Below, piece after piece: positions 9,334 through 19,259 of a stretch of DNA of 64,000 nucleotides (within the stretch, counting starts at the first letter, position 1; each line of letters begins with the position of its first letter). This DNA is from Kiritimatiellia bacterium (GTDB taxonomy: Bacteria > Verrucomicrobiota > Kiritimatiellia > JAAZAB01). The DNA lies in contig JAXGPF010000006.1 in NCBI GenBank assembly GCA_040767085.1, positions 96,001-160,000 on the forward strand, written 5' to 3'. The notes below the pieces were generated by a model. That model was given only the letters and a program-made list of their open reading frames with translations, made no database searches and was not told the DNA's origin. The translations under genes were made by a program, and so were the position numbers.

Positions 9334-12300
9334 TCACCAAAGCGACGGCAACACCGGCTGGAAGCCCGCGCCCAGTCCGCCCGGGAAAGCCTGATCGCTA
9401 TTGAACAACACTTTCCCGGCCAGGTTGCGGATTTTCCACCGGCCCGCGTCCGCGTGATACACCGCTAAGTCGTAAATGCCATCGCCATCGTAATCTCCGG
9501 GCACCGGCTGCCAGCCGGCGCCGCCCCACACGAGGCCTTCGGCGATCATGGCCTGCTTGGTGAGCGACCAGGACGACCATATGCCGTAGACCGGGTGATA
9601 GACGGCCAGGTCAAAAATACCATCGCCATCGTAATCCCCCGGCGCCGGCCGGTAACCGGCTTCGCCGAAAGCCTTCCCCCAGACAATCTGGCGGCCGTCG
9701 GCGGAAAGAATGTACCAGTAGCCGGAGGCATCGTGGTAGAGGGCGTAATCCGCGGCGCCATCGCCGTCGTAATCGCCCGGGACGGCCGTATAACCCGGGC
9801 CGGTCAAACTCTCATCCCAGACGATCGTCCTGCCGTCCGCCGCGGAAATGACATACCAGTAACCGTTATTATCCCGGGCATACAATGCGCCGTCAAACCT
9901 GGCATCGCCGTCGTAATCGCCGGCTACCGGCCGCAAACCCGGCCCGCCGAATGGCACATCCCGGCATAAAACCTGCATTTTATACACGGAGGCGATCATC
10001 CATAATCCGGCCGGCTCGTTGTACAAGGCCGCATCGGCGTAGCCATCGCCGTCGTAATCGCCGGCGATCGGGCGCCAGTCCGGCCCGCCGAACTGCGCGC
10101 CGGCGGCGATCCATTGCCATTGGTTGGTCCGGCCGTTCAGGAAGTCCTGGTAGCGCGCCAGCGAGCCGATATACCAGGCGCCGGAGCCGGCATGGTACAG
10201 CGCCAGGTCGGACACGCGGTCGGCATCGTAATCGTTGTAGATGAAGGCGCCGGTGCCCGGGACCACGACGCCCACCCCGCGGGCGATGGTATTGGAAAGC
10301 AAGGGGCCGTTATAGAACTGGGGATGCTGGCCGGGATTCCGCAGGGTGGTGTTTGTAGCGGCATAGTCATGCAATTCCTTAAAGCTGTAATTGCCGTTCA
10401 GATCATGGTCGGGGGTGGTCTTGCCGCAGGCTTCGAGGAGGTAACCGGTGTAGAGGCCGTGGTCGCCGATTTCCGCGCTGAGTTCATGGGCGTCGCAGGC
10501 GGTCATGAAGGCGATGTTGGCGCCAAAATCACGCGGGAGCGGCAATCCCCGGGCGCGATATTCCGCGGTCTTGATCCGACGGTAATGGGTCATCACCCGT
10601 TCGACGAATGGCCAGTACACCGGCCGGCCGTCCTTGAACATGCCGGCGGAATGGCAGGTGTCAATAATCAATACTACGCGGGTATCGGCGCGGAAGCGCG
10701 CAAGGTCGGCCGCCATTTCGTAATCGTAATAACTGTCGTCATAAGCGCAGATGAAGGTGACTTCGCCATCCACGCCGCCATGGCTGGAATGCGTGTACAG
10801 GATCAAATCGCCCGCGGCCGCGCCGGCGGCCAGTGACTGCAAGGCATTGCGCAGCGTGCTCTTGGTGGCCTGGCGGTCGGCAAACATCTGGATATCCGAC
10901 GCCGCCCAATGGTTGGACGGATCGCCCAGCAGCATTTGCTCCTTGATGCCAAAAGCGTCGTTCGTGCAGGCTTCCAGGGCGCCCGGCTGGCCGCCGGGGT
11001 AGGCCGGTGAATAATTGTCAATCCCCACCACGATGGCGTCGCGGACCGCGGAGACGGGAATGACGGTCGAACCGCACCAGCCGGAATCGGTATTGCTGAA
11101 ATTAGTGCTGACGCCGTAGGAATTGCGGGACTTTACCTTGTAATAATAAGTTATGTTGGTCTCCACCCCGTAATCCTGGAACACGGTCGAGTTATGGTTG
11201 GTGACGACAATGGCCGGCTGGTTGGTGCCATGGCTGCGCCAGAGATCGTAACCCAGCGCGCCGCCGGCGCTGTCCCATGAAACCTGGATGTAATTGGTGT
11301 AAGCGCCGTCGGTCGCCGTCAGGCCCGCGGGGGTTTCCGGCAGACTTTCGGTGCTGGGGCCGCTGATGAAATTCAAGGTCAGATCGTATTGGACGTCGTA
11401 GCGGTCCTGCGCATCCTTCAGGATCAGCGTGTACTTGCCGCCGGCGGTCAGGGCCAGGTTGGTGATGGCGGCGGTCTGCTGCAAAATATCCGTGGCCTGC
11501 GCGATCAATTCGGCGTCCGGATCGTAAAGTTCCAGGACCGGGTTCAAGGCCGGGGTCTTTTCCTGCATGATCACCGAGATCACGTCGCCCGGGACGGCGT
11601 TGAAAAACGCCACGTCCAGATCGCCGGGCTTGTCGATGGCGCCGGACTTGGTTTCGCCGTTGACGATCAAGCCGATGTCTTTTTCCACGCCATCGAGTTC
11701 CCCGGGAATTTTCGCCATGGACAGCACATAAGGACCGCGGGAATTGAACAGGTCATTACAGGCGATGGTATATATGCCCGTCTGGATTAAAACCGGCGAG
11801 GTGATTTCCGCGCGGTATTCCGGCGTGTAAACATTCGTGACCTGATTTCCCTCCGGATCGAACAACTGGATGGCCGGCACGAGGATGGCCGCGCCCTGGC
11901 CCATCCGGATTTGCACGCGGCAGGGATTGGAGATGGCGATCATGCCGGGGTCCAGATCCGCCCCGACATCGATTGCGCCTTCCAGCGCCTGGCCGCTCAG
12001 GATCGGGCCTACGTCCAAATCATCATAGGATGGCGGTTCGTGGGGCATGCGCAGAATCGAGACGCTGTAACTCAATTCGTTGGAGTAATTGGCCAGGGCG
12101 GACGGCAGTATGACATGCATGGCATGCCAACTGTAGTTGGAGATGCTGATTTTCAAGTCCTGCTTGGTAAAAGCGTTCACCAAACCGCCGGCAATATTAG
12201 TCGCGGCCTCTAAATCGCTGAAAACGCTGATATCCGGCACGTATGGGACGTTTGCATCCTCGCAGGCCAGGCGGATCAGCACCGTCTCGCCGGGCCGCGC

Positions 12301-12462
12301 GTCGAAGTAGTACGGGTCCACCCAATTATTGGTGGACAGGGTATCCGTAAAATATTGTCCCGACTCAATCGGGCTGGCCGCCGCCGTTCCGACCGCCAGG
12401 CCGACCGAGGCCGCCAACATCCAGCAGGCATTGCGCGCTGACCATCTCATGCAGGTTTTCAT
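9334..12462 (-). CDS. Secreted multidomain protein: PPC-like repeats, FN3, caspase-family (C14) peptidase, FG-GAP-like repeats
   Basis: Signal peptide (WMLAASVGLAVGTAAA); LELYDPD PPC-like units; FN3 YYYKVKS.N; AIVVGIDNY, SHGG and DTCHS; six GDYDGDG-type repeats; GGAG SD fits ATG 12462. Confidence 0.85.
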   Translation of the reverse strand: MKTCMRWSARNACWMLAASVGLAVGTAAASPIESGQYFTDTLSTNNWVDPYYFDARPGETVLIRLACEDANVPYVPDISVFSDLEAATNIAGGLVNAFTKQDLKISISNYSWHAMHVILPSALANYSNELSYSVSILRMPHEPPSYDDLDVGPILSGQALEGAIDVGADLDPGMIAISNPCRVQIRMGQGAAILVPAIQLFDPEGNQVTNVYTPEYRAEITSPVLIQTGIYTIACNDLFNSRGPYVLSMAKIPGELDGVEKDIGLIVNGETKSGAIDKPGDLDVAFFNAVPGDVISVIMQEKTPALNPVLELYDPDAELIAQATDILQQTAAITNLALTAGGKYTLILKDAQDRYDVQYDLTLNFISGPSTESLPETPAGLTATDGAYTNYIQVSWDSAGGALGYDLWRSHGTNQPAIVVTNHNSTVFQDYGVETNITYYYKVKSRNSYGVSTNFSNTDSGWCGSTVIPVSAVRDAIVVGIDNYSPAYPGGQPGALEACTNDAFGIKEQMLLGDPSNHWAASDIQMFADRQATKSTLRNALQSLAAGAAAGDLILYTHSSHGGVDGEVTFICAYDDSYYDYEMAADLARFRADTRVVLIIDTCHSAGMFKDGRPVYWPFVERVMTHYRRIKTAEYRARGLPLPRDFGANIAFMTACDAHELSAEIGDHGLYTGYLLEACGKTTPDHDLNGNYSFKELHDYAATNTTLRNPGQHPQFYNGPLLSNTIARGVGVVVPGTGAFIYNDYDADRVSDLALYHAGSGAWYIGSLARYQDFLNGRTNQWQWIAAGAQFGGPDWRPIAGDYDGDGYADAALYNEPAGLWMIASVYKMQVLCRDVPFGGPGLRPVAGDYDGDARFDGALYARDNNGYWYVISAADGRTIVWDESLTGPGYTAVPGDYDGDGAADYALYHDASGYWYILSADGRQIVWGKAFGEAGYRPAPGDYDGDGIFDLAVYHPVYGIWSSWSLTKQAMIAEGLVWGGAGWQPVPGDYDGDGIYDLAVYHADAGRWKIRNLAGKVLFNSDQAFPGGLGAGFQPVLPSLW

Positions 12463-12646
12463 AGACATTGCTCCATTCCCGCGTAATCCCATAACCCTAC
12501 CCCATGCGGCCAGTTTGGCAAGTTTCCAGGGGGCGGTCAATCATAAATTCGTCCGCCGCCGGTATGTTGTGCGCGACGGCATCCTGAAAAAACTTGCTTT
12601 CCGAAGCGGGTTTGCTAGTATGATAGTTAATCGGACTGATGTGTGC

Positions 12647-12678
12647 GGGCGCTTGCGCTGGCAACGCCCCTATTTTTT
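12647..12678 (+). terminator. Intrinsic terminator-like hairpin in the rnk 5' leader
   Basis: GGGCG(C)TTGC-gctg-GCAACGCCC then CTATTTTTT, 18 nt before rnk ATG. Confidence 0.55.
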
Positions 12679-12696
12679 ATCCGGACGGGGGCCAAA

Positions 12697-13101
12697 ATGA
12701 AAAAACGTAAAATCTGCATTACCCAACAGGACCAGGCGCGTCTGGAAGAATTGCTGCTCACCGCCGGCAACCAACGCGAGCGATCCGACCTGGCGGAACT
12801 GGCCGCCGAACTCAGCCGGGCGACGGTCGTGGAAGCCAGCGGGATTCCCGCTTCCCTGGTCACGATGCATTCCCAAGTCAGGCTGAAGGACCTGGACACG
12901 GGGGAAAAGATGGTGTTCACGTTGGTGTACCCCGGCGAGGCCAACATTGAAGCCGGCAAGATTTCGGTCATCTCGCCCATCGGCACCGCCATCCTGGGCT
13001 ACGCCGCCGGCGATGAAATCTCCTGGAAGGTTCCCGACGGCAAGCGCCGGATCAAAATCGAAGAAGTGCTCTTTCAGCCTGAAGCCGCCGGCAAACCCTG
13101 A
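12697..13101 (+). CDS. rnk: Nucleoside diphosphate kinase regulator (GreA/GreB C-terminal-like)
   Basis: ICITQQD..RL, VTMHSQV, TLVYP.EANI..GKISVISPIGTAILGY..GD, LFQPEAAG. Confidence 0.92.
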   Translation: MKKRKICITQQDQARLEELLLTAGNQRERSDLAELAAELSRATVVEASGIPASLVTMHSQVRLKDLDTGEKMVFTLVYPGEANIEAGKISVISPIGTAILGYAAGDEISWKVPDGKRRIKIEEVLFQPEAAGKP

Positions 13102-13190
13102 AGCGCCGCCGGACGGCGGACGGGCGCGATGAATGGCAGTTCGGCGTGCGCGGACGGGCGCGCCCGGCACTCTCAGAAGATGGATATCCC

Positions 13191-14081
13191 ATGACCTTGG
13201 GCGCGGTGGATTTATTGTTCAATATGGCGGTCATGCTGTTCTGGATGCGCGCCTGGGAATCCAACCGGCAGACCGACCTGTCCAATCCATACCTGGCCGG
13301 CGTCCGGAATTTCACCCAACCCGTGCTGGAAGCGCTGGCGCGTTTCCTGCCGGGGCGTTCCACCCGGTTGGCCGCGGGCTGCTGCTGGCTGGGCTTGATC
13401 GTTTTCCGCGGTCTGGCCCTGCCCCTGGCTAACCCGGACGCCGCCACCCGGATGTGGCAAATCCAATGGGGATTCATGGTTTTCACTCCGCGCGTTGCGC
13501 CGGCCTGGCCGGCGGCGGGCGGTATGATTTTCAGCCTGGCATCCTTTGCCGCCTTCCTGTTTCAAGTCTGGGTTCTGGCCTTGCTTTACACAGCCGTCCG
13601 GCAGCCGGAACGGCCGGCGGAATTTTTAAAAGCCATGGCCGAGCCCTGGTCTTCCCGCGCCGGGTTCGTCCGTCCGGCCATTATCCTGGCCGGCGGCGCG
13701 GCGGCGGCCGGCCTGCTGTATTTTGCCGCCGGCGGCGCGGCGGCCCCGGAGCCGTCGTTCTGGGCGCGGCCGGCCTGGTGGATCATGCGGGAACTGGTGA
13801 ACGGTCTGGCCGGCGCGGCGAATGTGCTGGCCGTGCTGCGCTCGCTGATGCTCATCCTGCTGATCGGCACCTGGGTGGCGCTGTTCGGGGGCGCGGGAAG
13901 CGTGATGGAAATCTGCCGCGATTGGCTGGACTTTCTCCTGGGGCCGTTCCGGCGTTTCCGCCTGCAGGTCGCCATGTTCGACTTGACGCCCATCATCGCC
14001 TACATGGCGCTCGGGCTGGCGCATTTCCTGCTCTACGGCTATGCCCTGCGCATGATTTTTTTCATCATTCTCCACTCCTGA
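13191..14081 (+). CDS. YggT-family membrane protein
   Basis: NPY..V..FTQPVL and FDLTPIIA motifs; multiple TM segments; next to DUF167. Confidence 0.75.
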   Translation: MTLGAVDLLFNMAVMLFWMRAWESNRQTDLSNPYLAGVRNFTQPVLEALARFLPGRSTRLAAGCCWLGLIVFRGLALPLANPDAATRMWQIQWGFMVFTPRVAPAWPAAGGMIFSLASFAAFLFQVWVLALLYTAVRQPERPAEFLKAMAEPWSSRAGFVRPAIILAGGAAAAGLLYFAAGGAAAPEPSFWARPAWWIMRELVNGLAGAANVLAVLRSLMLILLIGTWVALFGGAGSVMEICRDWLDFLLGPFRRFRLQVAMFDLTPIIAYMALGLAHFLLYGYALRMIFFIILHS

Positions 14082-14093
14082 AAGAACACTGCC

Positions 14094-14378
14094 ATGTCCG
14101 CCGCGGACCAACATCTCCTGGAATTGCACATCGTGCCGCGGGCCAGCCGGACGGAAATCCAGGGCTGGCACGGCGGCGCGGTGAAAATCCGCCTGCAGGC
14201 TCCGCCCGTGGACGGCAAGGCCAACCGGGTGCTGCTGGAATTCCTGGGGCAGGCCTTAAATCTGCCGGCCGCCCGGCTGACGCTCGTCAGCGGCGCCGCC
14301 GGCCGGCGCAAGCGCGTGCGCGTGGCGGGACTGTCCGGGGCGGAAGTGCAGCGGCGGCTGGGGCTGCCGCCGCCATGA
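14094..14378 (+). CDS. DUF167 (YggU) family protein
   Basis: V.PRASR, KIRLQAPPVDGKAN, SG...R.K. Confidence 0.9.
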   Translation: MSAADQHLLELHIVPRASRTEIQGWHGGAVKIRLQAPPVDGKANRVLLEFLGQALNLPAARLTLVSGAAGRRKRVRVAGLSGAEVQRRLGLPPP

Positions 14379-14430
14379 TCCGCTCCAAACGCCCCGGGCC
14401 GCCCGCCGTTAATTTTGCGGGAGGAATGCC

Positions 14431-15921
14431 ATGCCTTTACCGGATAACATCCGTCAGAAACTGCGCGAACTGCCGGATAAGCCCGGCTGCTACCTGATGC
14501 GCGATGCGCGGGGCCAGATCGTTTACATCGGCAAGGCCGCCTCGCTGCGCAAGCGGGTGGTTTCCTATTTCCGGCCGGGCACACTGCGCCGCAGTCCTCC
14601 AAAACTGCGCAGCCTGATCCACAGCATCGCCGATTTCGAATGGATCGTGCAGGCTTCCGAGGAGGCGGCGGCCTTGACCGAAGGGCGGTTGATCAAGGAT
14701 TACCGCCCGCGTTACAACACGCTGTTCAAGGATGACAAGCGTTTTCCGCTGCTGCGGATTGACCTCCGGCAACCCTTCCCGTTTTTCCGCCTGTGCCGCA
14801 TCCAGCGCGACGACGGCGCGGAGTATTTCGGCCCTTATACCTCCAGCGCGGCCATGCGCGCGGCGCTGGAATTCCTGGAAAAACATTTTGGTTTGCGCCG
14901 CTGCACGGTGCCGGCGCCCGGCCCGCAGGATCATAAACATTGCCTGAACGATATCATCCGGTTCTGTTCAGCGCCCTGCCTGGGTAAAATCGGCCCAACC
15001 GAGTACCGGCAGCGCGTCGAGGAAGCCTGCGCCTTCCTCCGCGGCGAACGCCCGTCCTTGCTGCAGACCGTCCGGGATAACATGCAAGCGGCGGCGCGCG
15101 CCCAGGATTTCGAAAAAGCCGCTGCCTGGCGCGACACGCTCGAATTGCTCTACACCGCCATCCGCCGCCGGCGCCGCCTGGCCACCACGGTCAAACCTCC
15201 GGCGGATGCCGGCGCCGCCGGCCTGGAGGCTTTGCGCGCCGCCCTGGGGCTGGAGCACCTGCCGCGGCTGATGGAAGCCTACGATATTTCCAACATCTCC
15301 GGCACCCATGCCGTCGGCAGCCTGGTCGCCGCCGTGGATGGCAAGCCGGCGCCGGCGCGCTACCGCCGGTTCCGCATCAAGACAGTCATGGCCGCCAACG
15401 ATGTCGCCATGCTCGGCGAAGTCATCCGCCGGCGCTTCGCGCGGCTGCTTCAGGAAAACGGCATCCGGCCGGATTTGCTGCTGATTGACGGCGGCCTGCC
15501 GCAGTTGCGCGCCGCCCGCGCGGAACTGGTTCGGCTGGGCCTGGCGGAGTTGCCCGCCATCGGCCTGGCCAAGCAATACGAGGAAATCTACACCGAAGCC
15601 GCCGCCGGCGTGAAGGTTTTCACCCTGCCGGCCGATTCGCCGGCGCTCCTGCTGCTCCGCCGGCTGCGCGACGAAGCGCACCGGTTCGCCCTGACCTACC
15701 ACCGGCGGCTGCGTGCGCAACGCATCCGGGAATCGCAACTGGACGATATTCCCGGCATCGGCCCGCGGCGCAAGCAGTTACTGATCAAAACCTTCGGGTC
15801 ATTCGCGCGCCTGGCACGGGCCGCGCCGGAAGAGATCGCCGCCGTGCCCGGCGTCGGCCCGGAACTGGCCCGGCAGATTTGCCGGCATTTGACCCATCAA
15901 AAAAAGGAAAACAACGAATGA
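14431..15921 (+). CDS. uvrC: Excinuclease ABC subunit C
   Basis: GIY-YIG (PGCYLM..IVYIGKA), UVR (FEKAAAWRD), YDISNISG, IDGG, RDEAHRFA, HhH. Confidence 0.95.
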   Translation: MPLPDNIRQKLRELPDKPGCYLMRDARGQIVYIGKAASLRKRVVSYFRPGTLRRSPPKLRSLIHSIADFEWIVQASEEAAALTEGRLIKDYRPRYNTLFKDDKRFPLLRIDLRQPFPFFRLCRIQRDDGAEYFGPYTSSAAMRAALEFLEKHFGLRRCTVPAPGPQDHKHCLNDIIRFCSAPCLGKIGPTEYRQRVEEACAFLRGERPSLLQTVRDNMQAAARAQDFEKAAAWRDTLELLYTAIRRRRRLATTVKPPADAGAAGLEALRAALGLEHLPRLMEAYDISNISGTHAVGSLVAAVDGKPAPARYRRFRIKTVMAANDVAMLGEVIRRRFARLLQENGIRPDLLLIDGGLPQLRAARAELVRLGLAELPAIGLAKQYEEIYTEAAAGVKVFTLPADSPALLLLRRLRDEAHRFALTYHRRLRAQRIRESQLDDIPGIGPRRKQLLIKTFGSFARLARAAPEEIAAVPGVGPELARQICRHLTHQKKENNE

Positions 15922-17360
15922 AATCCCAGCGTTCCAAACCACCCGCCCGACGGCGCGCCAAAATCGTCTGCACCATCGGTCCGGCCAGCCGGTCGCCAGC
16001 CGCCATCGCCAGCCTGATCCGCGCGGGCATGAATGTCGCCCGGCTGAACTTCTCGCACGGCACGTACGACGAACATGCCGCCACGATCAAAAACATCCGC
16101 GCCGCGAGCGCCCGGCTCGGGATCCAGGTCGCAATCTTGCAGGACCTTTCCGGGCCGAAGATGCGCATCGGCCGGCTGAACGCCGGCCGGGTTGACTTGA
16201 AACCGGGACAGCGCTTCACGCTGACTTTGCGGGACGCGCCCGGGGATCAGTCGGCCGTCTCCGTCAACTTCCCCGGCCTGGTGAAAGCCGCCGCCGTCAG
16301 GCAGCGCATCCTGCTCGGCGACGGGATCATCGAATTGCAGGTCGCCGGCAAAACAGCCGACACGCTGGTCTGCAAGGTCATTGCCGGCGGATCGCTCGCA
16401 TCGAACCAGGGGATTAATGCGCCGGGCATCGTGCTGCCGGAAGGCGTGCCCACGGCCAAGGACCGCGCCGATCTGGCGTTTGGCTTGAGTCACGGGGTGG
16501 ACTGGGTGGCCCAGTCATTCGTCAGCGCGGCCGGCGAGTTGCGGACTTTGCGCCGAGAAATCCGGGCAGCCGGCCGCGACGTGCCGATCATCGCCAAGAT
16601 CGAGCGGCGCGACGCCCTGCGCAATCTCGACGCCATCGTGGCCGAAGCCGACGCCGTGATGGTCGCCCGCGGAGACCTGGGATTGGAGATCGGACTGCAG
16701 GAGGTGCCCTTCGCCCAGAAGCATATCATCCGGCAGGCCGGCCGGGCCGGCAAGCCCGAGATCACCGCCACCCAGATGCTTGAATCCATGATCGCCAATC
16801 CGCGCCCCACCCGCGCCGAAGTCAACGACATCGCCAATGCCATATTGGACGGCAGCGACGCCCTCATGCTGTCCGGAGAAACCGCCGTGGGCGCTCATCC
16901 CGCCGCTGCCTGCCGTGCCATGGCGGCGATCGCCGCGGCCGCGGAAGCGCATATTGATTATACTGCCAGCCTGCGCGGCTGGGAAAGCGACGGCCAGGCC
17001 GGCAGCGGCGCGGCCATCGCCTATGCCGCCTGCTGGACGGCCGTCGAAATCCAGGCCAAGGCCATCATCTGCTGCACGCGTTCTGGTCTGACCGCCCGGC
17101 TGATCGCCCGTCATCGCCCGGAGGCCCCGCTCGTCGTCGCCAGCCCCTTTGACGATACGCTCCGGCGTGCGATGCTTTACTGGGGCGCCTGCCCCGTCCG
17201 CGTGGAGTTGGCCGACAGCACCGACCGGATGATCACGCTCGCGCGCGAGGCCGTGTTACAGGCCGGCCTGGCCAAGCCCGGCGACAAGGCCGTGATCGTC
17301 GCCGGCATTCCTGTGGATCATCCCGGCCAGACCAACATGATCAAGGCCGATACCCTTTAA
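15918..17360 (+). CDS. pyk: Pyruvate kinase
   Basis: KIVCTIGPAS, ARLNFSHG, IIAKIE, VARGDLG, TATQMLESM, PTRAEV, MLSGETA. Confidence 0.97.
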   Translation: MKSQRSKPPARRRAKIVCTIGPASRSPAAIASLIRAGMNVARLNFSHGTYDEHAATIKNIRAASARLGIQVAILQDLSGPKMRIGRLNAGRVDLKPGQRFTLTLRDAPGDQSAVSVNFPGLVKAAAVRQRILLGDGIIELQVAGKTADTLVCKVIAGGSLASNQGINAPGIVLPEGVPTAKDRADLAFGLSHGVDWVAQSFVSAAGELRTLRREIRAAGRDVPIIAKIERRDALRNLDAIVAEADAVMVARGDLGLEIGLQEVPFAQKHIIRQAGRAGKPEITATQMLESMIANPRPTRAEVNDIANAILDGSDALMLSGETAVGAHPAAACRAMAAIAAAAEAHIDYTASLRGWESDGQAGSGAAIAYAACWTAVEIQAKAIICCTRSGLTARLIARHRPEAPLVVASPFDDTLRRAMLYWGACPVRVELADSTDRMITLAREAVLQAGLAKPGDKAVIVAGIPVDHPGQTNMIKADTL

Positions 17361-17413
17361 CCTGAATCCGGCACAATCAAAACCAATCAATCGTATGGAA
17401 AAAAACAAAACTG

Positions 17414-17556
17414 GGTAGGGCGAACTCTCCGAGTGAGCCGCCCCTACGGCGCCGCCGGATCATGCCATGGGCCTGACAAGGGAGTTTATCCCGCTTCCTG
17501 GCGGGATCGCCCTGCCGAATTAACCGGACGGCGCGCAAGGGACTGCGCGCCCTACC
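17414..17556. repeat. Two REP palindromes between the convergent pyk and msrAB genes
   Basis: GGTAGGGCG..GAGCCG 17414-17440 and CGGCGCGC..GCGCGCCCTACC 17529-17556. Confidence 0.8.
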
Positions 17557-17626
17557 GTCTGTTTGCCAAAGGTGAACTGTTTTTTTCTAGGTGGCCAAAT
17601 TTTTTTAGCCTTCCCGCGCAGGGGCA

Positions 17627-18667
17627 TTACTCGATATCCGTCAAATCCACATGGCAGTACCCGCCGGGATTTTTGCCCAGATAATCCTGGTGGTATTCCT
17701 CGGCCGGAAAGAACTCGGCGGCCGGCACGATGGCTGTGGTGATTTTTCCCCGGTATTTGCCGGATTTTTCCAGCGCCGCCCTGGACTGTTCCGCCGCCGA
17801 CTGCTGCGCGGGCGTATAATAGAAAATCACCGACCGGTACTGCGTGCCAGTGTCGTTGCCCTGGCGGTTGCCCTGGGTCGGGTCATGGATTTTCCAGAAA
17901 TGGCGCAGCAAACGATCATAGCCGATGCGGGCCGGGTCATATACAATTTCCACCGCTTCGGCATGCCCTGTGCCGCCGGCGCAAACTTCCGCGTACGAAG
18001 GATTTTTGGCATCGCCCCCGGTGTAGCCCGCCCGCGTTCGCAGCACGCCCGGCACGCGCTTGAAATACGCCTCCACGCCCCAGAAGCAGCCGGCCGCAAA
18101 ACAGGCGCGCTCCGCCGGCGGCGCGCCGGGCGCGGCCAGTTCCGGAAACAGCCGCAGATACTCGCCATAACCCCGCGCGGCCAATTCGGCCGCGGGAATG
18201 AATTCCAGCGCGGCGGAATTGATGCAATAGCGTTTGCCATCCGGACCCGGCCCATCGTCGAACACATGGCCCAGGTGGGTATCGGCGGCGGCGCTGCGCA
18301 CCTCAATCCGCTCCCTGCCCAGGGTATGATCCGGCCGCGTGGCGATATTGGCGGAATCCAAAGGCTTGGTAAAACTCGGCCAGCCGCAACCGGCGTCGTA
18401 CTTGTCGGCGGAACTGAAAAGCGGCCGGCCGGAAACCACGTCCACATAGAGGCCCGGCTGTGTGTTGTCCCAATAGGCGTTCTGGAAGGGCGGCTCGGTG
18501 CCATTCTCGCAGACCACCCTGAACTGTTCGGCCGTAAGCTTCTTTTGCAAGGCCGCCCGGTTAGACGGCGCGGCTGATGCGTGTTTTTCCGAGGTGTTTT
18601 TCATGGTCAACCTTCTTTCGCAACCGCATGTTACGGCCAGCAATACCACGCCGGCCAACCAAACCAT
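17627..18667 (-). CDS. msrAB: Bifunctional methionine sulfoxide reductase MsrB-MsrA
   Basis: [52 protein letters not shown]; start 18667 (signal-like) or 18604. Confidence 0.93.
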   Translation of the reverse strand: MVWLAGVVLLAVTCGCERRLTMKNTSEKHASAAPSNRAALQKKLTAEQFRVVCENGTEPPFQNAYWDNTQPGLYVDVVSGRPLFSSADKYDAGCGWPSFTKPLDSANIATRPDHTLGRERIEVRSAAADTHLGHVFDDGPGPDGKRYCINSAALEFIPAAELAARGYGEYLRLFPELAAPGAPPAERACFAAGCFWGVEAYFKRVPGVLRTRAGYTGGDAKNPSYAEVCAGGTGHAEAVEIVYDPARIGYDRLLRHFWKIHDPTQGNRQGNDTGTQYRSVIFYYTPAQQSAAEQSRAALEKSGKYRGKITTAIVPAAEFFPAEEYHQDYLGKNPGGYCHVDLTDIE

Positions 18668-18688
18668 CTTCCCTGAAAGGCAACGTAC

Positions 18689-18792
18689 GGAAAAATGATT
18701 TAGCGCATTTTTGCGCGGTTTATTGGACGAAACCGTCCGGAAACGGGACGGGGGCCTCCCGGCTTCATCAAAAATGCGCCAAATCATTTTCC
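18689..18792. mobile_element. MITE-like element with ~24-bp terminal inverted repeats, copy 1
   Basis: GGAAAAATGATTTAGCGCATTTTTG ... CAAAAATGCGCCAAATCATTTTCC; inverted homolog at 26516-26642. Confidence 0.7.
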
Positions 18793-18902
18793 ACCCTCCT
18801 CAGAAAATCCGCAGGCAGGGTGGTCCGGCTTCGCCGGGCACAGCCTTGGCAAAGCCTGGGTCCCTTGGCCGCCGTTTTTCGACCATGGCCGCCGTTTCCG
18901 GA

Positions 18903-18978
18903 CGGCGCGCAAGGGACTGCGCGCCCTACCATTTCATAATTATTTGCCATGGGTAGGGCGCGCTCTCCGAGCGCGCCG
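18903..18978. repeat. REP doublet (REPIN-like), copy 2
   Basis: ..GCCCTACC-21bp-GGTAGGGCG..; solo copies at 19099-19125 and 21012-21035. Confidence 0.88.
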
Positions 18979-19259
18979 TTCCACATTCCATCGGCAACAA
19001 TTATAATGATCCTTCTTTGCGTTCCTTGCGATCTTTGCGGTGAATTTTTCCTGGCCTGTCGCCCCCGTAAGCCAGGGCCGCATCATTCTCGGAAAATACG
19101 GCTCGGTCGGAGACCTCGCCCTACCCCCGGAACTCTATCGAGCAAATAAAAGGGCGCGGCACACGCCGTTCCGTCTCACCCAACGCCCGCCCGCGACGCA
19201 AGGGCGCGCTTACCGGCGCGCGCTTCGTTCAACCCCGCAGCACACGAAAGTTCCCCTGA

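Noticed and set aside
10310-11045. Caspase as part of an anti-phage (gasdermin/CHAT/TIR) system
   Set aside because: The protein appears exported, and the neighbours (uppP, rnk) include no defence effector or sensor.
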